Shown here piece by piece: positions 58,298 to 64,000 of a stretch of 64,000 bases of DNA. The stretch is from an uncultured Acidobacteriota bacterium. GTDB taxonomy: Bacteria; Acidobacteriota; JAQAZP01. The notes beneath the pieces are model-generated. The model ran no database searches. It saw only the letters and a list, made by a program, of their open reading frames with translations, and was not told the DNA's origin. The first letter of the stretch is position 1. Each line of letters opens with the position of its first letter. The DNA lies in the NCBI GenBank assembly GCA_963836075.1, contig CAWIIB010000009.1, positions 192,001-256,000 on the forward strand. Reading direction: 5' to 3'. The position numbers and the translations under genes were made by a program.

Positions 58298-58765
58298 TCA
58301 GTCGAGGAAATCGGAGAAAAAGAAGAGGTAGGCCACCTGCATCATCCGCTCCGAGGAAGAGGCGCCGTCCACATACCCCACCACCGAATGACTGCGGTCC
58401 CGCACCACCCCCTCGTCCGAGATGGTGCCCAGGGTGGAGTGGCTCCGGTCCTGCACCCGGCCGTCCTCATTGATCCGCCCCTCGGTGGAGTGGCTGCGGT
58501 CCTTCACCAGGCCGCTGGTGGTGAGGTAGCCCTTGATCGAGTGGCTGCGGTCGCGAAAGGTGCCGTTGTCGTCGATGCGGCCGATCACCGAGTGGCTGCG
58601 GTCGCGCACCGTGCCGTCCTCCTTGACGTAGCCGAGCACCGAGTGGTTGCGGTCGCGGACGGTGATGTCGCCGGCGGCGGCCGGCTGAGCCGCAGCGGAC
58701 AGGAGCAGGAACGCTCCCAGGATCAGAACCGATATCATCGATATCCTGTGAATGCCTGGTTTCAT
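58298..58765 (-). CDS. Secreted small beta-hairpin repeat protein (beta-flower-like)
   Basis: Signal peptide and six 17-aa repeats VxDRSHSxxGxIxxxG. Confidence 0.75.
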   Translation of the reverse strand: MKPGIHRISMISVLILGAFLLLSAAAQPAAAGDITVRDRNHSVLGYVKEDGTVRDRSHSVIGRIDDNGTFRDRSHSIKGYLTTSGLVKDRSHSTEGRINEDGRVQDRSHSTLGTISDEGVVRDRSHSVVGYVDGASSSERMMQVAYLFFFSDFLD

Positions 58766-58786
58766 CCTTTGACCATACCCGAACGT

Positions 58787-61244
58787 CTACCGGGCTGACA
58801 GCTGCTGCCCGGCTGCTTTCCCCCGGGGGCCTTCGTTCCGCACCCCGGCGATCTTTCCGCCGTGGCTCATCCACTCACCGAACACCAGATCGTACGAGCC
58901 GGAGACCACGCTGACTTCCCCGGATGCGAGGCTGTAGGCGGTGACCACCGCGGGCTCATCCGGACCGGCGCCGTTGATCACGACAATATCGTCGATGCCG
59001 TTATCGCTGATATCGGCGGCGGTGACCACTGCACCGTAGTGCCCCGTGCCGGCGATGAAGTTCACCCCGGGCACCGGCGAGACCTCGAGGCCATTGTAGT
59101 TGAACGCACGGATGTGCTGCGAAAAACTCGCCCCCGGTCCGGGTCCGGTGATGATCTCGTCCCTGCCGTCACCGTCGATGTCTCCGCAGGCCACATTCAC
59201 CCCCCACTTGGGCGTGCCATAGGCAAAGAAGCTGAGGCCGTTGGCCGGAACCATTGTACCGGCCTCGTAGGACCAGCCGCGGACGTGGGCGCCATACACC
59301 GCCCCCGGTCCGGCACCGGTGATGATCTCGTCCCCCAGCACCCCGTCCACCTCCCCGCCGGCGACGTTGACACCCCACTTGGGTGTGCCGTACGCAAAAT
59401 ACGATACCCCGGGAAACGGTTCGCAGCTGCTTCCGTCATAGCTCCAGCCGCGCACGTGGGGGCCGAAGACCGCGCCCGGTCCGGCGCCGGTGATGATCTC
59501 GTCCCGGCCGTCGCCATCCAGGTCGGCCGCGGCCACGTTCACCCCGTAGCGCAGGGTGCCGTAGGCGAAGAAATTGACGTCGGGCATCGGCACTCCCACC
59601 AGGTACCAGCCGCGGACCTGGGGACCGTAGGCCGGGCTCGGGCCGGGCCCGGTGATCACGTCGTCGAAACCGTCGCCGTTGATGTCGCCGCAGGCCACGT
59701 TGACCCCGTAGCCGCCGGCGCCGTAAGCCAGCCACTCGCCCTGGGGGGTCCGGACCAGCGGCGGGTTGTACGGCCCGGGGCCGGGGCCGATGACCAGGCG
59801 GATCGACGATGTGGTTTCATCCCACGGCTCCCACTCGAAGGTCTGCTCGGCGGGAGTGGGATCGATGTTGCCGTCGGTGTCCCGGGCCCGGACCAGGAAA
59901 ACATGATCGCCCTCGGTGAGATCGTCAAAGGTGGCCCAGGTCTCCGAACCATATGACGACCAGTTGCCGTCATCGAACCTCCAGGAGTAGAGCAGGTCTT
60001 CGGGGGGATCGGGATAGTCGATACCGGTGAAGGTAAAGGTGATCACCGGCGAATCCTCCAGGCCCGACGGACCGGAGAGGATCGTGGTCTCGGGGGGGCT
60101 CTGGTCGCCTCCCGCCAGCGGGTAGTGATACCCCATGTCCAGCAGACCGCTGTCCTGCATCGCGTCGGTACGGGTGGTGCCGGTGACCATCGCTGCTGCC
60201 GGGTCGGCGGCATCCACACAGGGGCTGGTCAGCGGTTGCCCGGCGGCAACCTGCCCGAGATAGAACTCGCCCAACGGGCCGGCAACAAACAGCGGGTCGG
60301 CATCGATCATCCCCGGGCCCCAGAGGACGGAGCTCAGGTCCTGGAACACGGCTCCCTCCCCGCCTTCCACATCCGACCAGTTGACGGTCAGCACCGACCC
60401 GAATCTTACCGAGATCTCCTGACCGGCGGATATGGCCTCGTCGTGCCAGAAGATCGAGCTCTCCACCGTGACGGTGGCGGAACTGACGTACAGGCCTCCG
60501 CCCTCGCCGACGTAGTGCGTGCCGAAGGCCCAGTTTCCCGAAAACGTGCAGCCTCTGATCACGGTGGCACCGCCGCCATGGCCAATAAGGGAGATCCCGC
60601 CCCCGTCCCCCGACGAAAACCCCGCTGCGGCGTTGTTGGCGAAGAGATTGTTCTCGATCAGGGCAGGGGAATCGACGAGACAGACGGCGCCCCCTGACCC
60701 GCCGCTGAAATCGTTAACCAGCCAGCCGGCACGGTTATCAATAAAGACGTTCCCGGAGATCACCGGAGAGCCGTCGCTGCAATAGATGGCGCCGCCCGAA
60801 CCGGTGGCCCAGACATCCGACGCGATATTGTCCCGAAAAATGTTGCCGGTGATGGTGGGCGAGGCGCCGCTGCAGTAAATGGCACCGCCGTCGGGAGCAA
60901 TGCCGTTGCGAATGGTGAACCCCCGGAGCACCGAACCGGTCCCCTCCCCGCTCTGGAAACTGAACCGCACGATACCGCTCGCCGTACTCATCGGACTCGC
61001 AGTCGATGATGCAGTTTGTGGGGCCGTTCTCCGACCGCACGGTGATCGCCTTGCCGTCAAAACGGATTTCACGATTCCCGTCGCCGGTGTAAATCCCGTC
61101 GGCCACCACCACTTCATCCCCGTCAGCAGCGGCATCGATGCCGTCCTGGATGGTGGGCTGGTCGGCGGGAACAAGGATCACCTCTGCCGGAGCCGGTGAA
61201 GCGAAGGAGAGCATCAGGGCCAGAACCAATACCACGCTGCGCAT
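58787..61244 (-). CDS. Secreted beta-helix protein with Ig-like domain and C-terminal six-repeat propeller; frameshift near 60970
   Basis: GAGGAGG RBS; VPADQPTIQDGIDAA; FYLGQVAAGQPLTSPCVDA; PPETTI..VRARDTDGNIDPTPA Ig-like domain; six repeats. Confidence 0.83.
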
Positions 61245-61390
61245 GGACCGTCCTCCTCTGTAATGGACAGCGACATTCCGGCTATCACGGAAAAATCGTT
61301 CCCTTTATACATAAACCGTCCGGCCACCGAAGACAAGCGCTAACCTCCGCCGCAGCGGCCTGCAGAATCATGTAACGAACCATTGCCCGA

Positions 61391-61405
61391 ATTTCGTAAC
61401 GAAAT
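61391..61405. promoter_or_regulatory. Perfect 15-bp palindrome between divergent genes, candidate operator
   Basis: ATTTCGT-A-ACGAAAT, with a second GTAACGAA at 61372. Confidence 0.35.
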
Positions 61406-61505
61406 CTGGCCGGGGCCGGATGCACTTGCAACACCGGCAGGCGAACATTAGACTGAATTGTCCATGAAAAGCCGTTCGAAGAAAAAACCCGGAGAGGCCA
61501 GCGGG

Positions 61506-62966
61506 ATGAACGAGACCAGCAACGAACGCCACTACGACCTGATCGTCATCGGTTCCGGCCCGGCCGGCCAGAAGGCTGCCGTTCAGGCCGCCAAGCTGGG
61601 CCGGCGGGTGATGGTGGTGGAGCGGCGTTCGGTTCTGGGCGGCGTCTGCACCCACACCGGCACCATCCCCAGCAAGACCATGCGCGAGGCGATCCTGCAC
61701 CTCACCGGGTACCGCATGCATGACGTGTATGGCAAGTGGTCCCATGACCGCCGCGAGATCGGGGTCAGCGACCTCTACCGCCACGTGAACAACGTGATCA
61801 AGCACGAGATCGAGGTCAAGGAGCGCTACCTGACCAAGAACGGGGTACGGATCATCTACGGCTCGGCCAGGTTCTCCGGCCCCCACTCGGTGCTGGTGGG
61901 GGAGATCGGTTGCCAGGATACCGAGTATTCGGCGGACATCATCCTGGTGGCCACCGGGACGGTGCCGCGCCACGACCCGGACATCCCCTTTGACCGCGAG
62001 ATCATGCTGGACAGCGACGACATCCTGCACCTGGACCACCTGCCCGTATCGATGGCGGTGCTGGGCGGCGGGATCGTCGGCCTGGAATACGCCAGCATGT
62101 TCGCCGCCCTCGGGGTGCAGGTGACGCTGTTCGAACGGAACAACACCCTGCTGCCCTTCATCGACCGCGAAATCACCGACACCCTGCTCAAGATGCTCCG
62201 CAAACGGGACATGGTCTTCCGGCTGGGTGAACACGTCGAGGACGTGTCGGTGGTGGAGGTGACCACCCAGGGCCGCCCGTCCAGGGCCATCCGGATCCGC
62301 ACCGCGGAAGGCGACCCGTTGACCACGGAAAAGGCGCTCTACTGCATCGGCCGCACCGCGGCCACCGCCGACCTCAACCTGGACGCCGCGGGCCTGGTGG
62401 CCGACGAACGGGGACAGCTGGCGGTGGACAAAGGGTTCTGCACCAGCCAGCCGGGGATCATGGCCGCCGGCGACGTGATCGGCTTCCCCTCCCTCGCCTC
62501 AACGGCGATGATGCAGGGACGGATGGCGGCCAGCAGCGCCTTTGGCGCAGAGATCCTCCAGATGCCGGCCACCTATCCCATCGGGATCTACACCATCCCC
62601 GAGATCTCGTTCTTCGGCAAGACCGAGCAGCAGCTCAACGATGAAGGGACGGCCTACGAGATCGGCCGCGCCGGGTATCGCGAGATTGCCCGCGGGCCGA
62701 TGCTCGGCGACACCAGCGGCCTGCTGAAACTGGTCTTCGATCCCGAGACGAGGAAACTGCTGGGCACCCACATCATCGGCACCCAGGCCAGCGACCTGGT
62801 CCACGTGGGCATGGTGGCCCAGAGCCTGGGCGCCACCCTCGACTACTTCGCCGACACGGTGTTCAACTACCCCACATTGGCCGAGGGTTACAAGATCGCC
62901 GCCTTCAACGGCATCAACCGCCTCAAGGGCCTGAAAGACAGCCCCTCCGGACACTACGCCGGCTGA
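61506..62966 (+). CDS. sthA: Soluble pyridine nucleotide transhydrogenase
   Basis: GSGPAG, GGVCTHTGTIPSK (single Cys, SthA-type), GDVIGFPSLAS, GIYTIPEIS, FNYPTLAE; alternative start at 61464. Confidence 0.92.
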   Translation: MNETSNERHYDLIVIGSGPAGQKAAVQAAKLGRRVMVVERRSVLGGVCTHTGTIPSKTMREAILHLTGYRMHDVYGKWSHDRREIGVSDLYRHVNNVIKHEIEVKERYLTKNGVRIIYGSARFSGPHSVLVGEIGCQDTEYSADIILVATGTVPRHDPDIPFDREIMLDSDDILHLDHLPVSMAVLGGGIVGLEYASMFAALGVQVTLFERNNTLLPFIDREITDTLLKMLRKRDMVFRLGEHVEDVSVVEVTTQGRPSRAIRIRTAEGDPLTTEKALYCIGRTAATADLNLDAAGLVADERGQLAVDKGFCTSQPGIMAAGDVIGFPSLASTAMMQGRMAASSAFGAEILQMPATYPIGIYTIPEISFFGKTEQQLNDEGTAYEIGRAGYREIARGPMLGDTSGLLKLVFDPETRKLLGTHIIGTQASDLVHVGMVAQSLGATLDYFADTVFNYPTLAEGYKIAAFNGINRLKGLKDSPSGHYAG

Positions 62967-63032
62967 GCCCGATTCCGCACTCCTCCCCCTGGCACATTCC
63001 TTGAATCAGTAGTTCTCCGCCGATAATAAATC

Positions 63033-63062
63033 TTGACATGTGTATCCGTGAGTGGCTACATT
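63033..63062 (+). promoter_or_regulatory. Promoter with internal inverted repeat, probable TA autoregulatory operator
   Basis: TTGACA-18 nt-TACATT; TGTATCC-N6-GGCTACA spans the spacer and -10 box; ATG 4 nt after the -10 box. Confidence 0.55.
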
Positions 63063-63066
63063 TACC

Positions 63067-63261
63067 ATGACAAAGAAGAGACGCGGGAACCACATATTCA
63101 AAACCTGGTCGGGCGACCATGGGCCGCTTCATGTGCATGTCTATCGTGACGGCCGATTGGTTGTGATATACGATCTGGAGAACAGGAGACCGGTTACAGG
63201 TCGGCTCTCCCGACAGATTCTGCGACTGATCAAGGAGTTAGAGGAAGAGGGTCTGCTATGA
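63067..63261 (+). CDS. DUF4160-like small protein, putative toxin
   Basis: DHGPLHVHV motif; 64 aa; ATGA overlap with the next gene. Confidence 0.75.
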   Translation: MTKKRRGNHIFKTWSGDHGPLHVHVYRDGRLVVIYDLENRRPVTGRLSRQILRLIKELEEEGLL

Positions 63262-63728
63262 AGATAATAAAGGTCGCTCACAACAACCGGCGGAAGGTCT
63301 TCGAGGTCACCACCAGGAAAGGCACGAGCACCTTCCCCTATGCCAAGACCGATCCCCAGCCTTCGCCCGAAGACAGGATCGCTTCGCTGTTCGTGGATGA
63401 GGAACTGGCCAATGAAGGCTTCACCTACTTCTTACAGTCAGGGCGTGAAGGAAGCGTACTCCTGGATGAAGTGCTTTATTTCAACCGCGACCCCGGCTTC
63501 ATGACCGACATGCTCCTCTACAACCTGACTCTGGAGGCGCAGAAAAGAGTGGCGAGGTCGCCCCTGGGAACCCGCGAGCTGATCCGCCGGCTGGGCACCT
63601 CGGCGGCCCAGTACTACCGCCTTCTGGACCAGACGAACTACCGTAAATCCGTGCGTCAGATGCTCTCCCTGCTGCACTTGCTCAATTGTGAAGTGGAATT
63701 CGTGATCCGGGACAGAAAGAGTGCCTGA
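63258..63728 (+). CDS. Putative antitoxin with C-terminal HTH
   Basis: TRELIRRLGTSAAQYYRLL helix-turn-helix; translationally coupled to the DUF4160 gene. Confidence 0.7.
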   Translation: MKIIKVAHNNRRKVFEVTTRKGTSTFPYAKTDPQPSPEDRIASLFVDEELANEGFTYFLQSGREGSVLLDEVLYFNRDPGFMTDMLLYNLTLEAQKRVARSPLGTRELIRRLGTSAAQYYRLLDQTNYRKSVRQMLSLLHLLNCEVEFVIRDRKSA

Positions 63729-63869
63729 TTGTAAGGAAGACAACCGCGGTTGCCGGACACTACGCCGGCTAAACTTTTCATGGACAATGAGTCCCCCTGG
63801 TAAGATAATTCCAACGATTCACGTTTCTCACTCTCGTATCAACCTAACAGCGCTGGCCCTGGTAAAGCC

Positions 63870-64000
63870 ATGGGAAATAGCACAGCGAAAGACGGCCGTA
63901 GGGACCGGCTGGCGCCCCTGCTGCTGCTCCTCGTCTTCATCGTCCTCGGCGCCTGGGCCAGGCTGGTCAACGCCGGCAGCTCGGCGTCACTCTGGTTCGA
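63870..64000 (+). CDS. 5' end of a GT-C (PMT/ArnT-like) membrane glycosyltransferase
   Basis: TM helix followed by RL..SLWF(D); truncated by the window edge. Confidence 0.5.
   Translation, partial: MGNSTAKDGRRDRLAPLLLLLVFIVLGAWARLVNAGSSASLWF

Overview
High-GC window from a diderm bacterium; the lineage cannot be assigned from sequence alone. About 17 single-base frameshifts, several in housekeeping-type genes, look like long-read indel errors. Family assignments are from motif recognition and memory, not database searches. Main content: (1) A putative sterol-handling locus at about 2.7-10.6 kb: steroid 5-alpha-reductase, a 3beta-HSD/HpnA-like SDR, a FadL-type outer-membrane channel, and an MMPL/RND + PhnD-like binding protein + TPR lipoprotein trio resembling the BstABC sterol transporter. 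(2) secA2, arsC-acr3, ptrB, malQ, thiL, sthA and a DUF4160-type toxin-antitoxin pair. (3) Thirteen signal-peptide-bearing proteins (S8, S1 and M28 proteases, beta-helix, LVIVD and VCBS proteins), each ending in exactly one of two conserved C-terminal modules: a ~120-aa 'NWRAG...DVTPxPYNQPP' domain (7 copies) or a six-repeat 'GxGPG...GPHVR...AYG...GDxDGDG' propeller (6 copies). The same cargo families occur with either module, suggesting an undescribed lineage-specific sorting or anchoring system. Also present: an IS91-family remnant whose ori-like end appears duplicated as an inverted repeat around the S8 gene, and several palindromic intergenic elements. No CRISPR array, rRNA or tRNA was seen.
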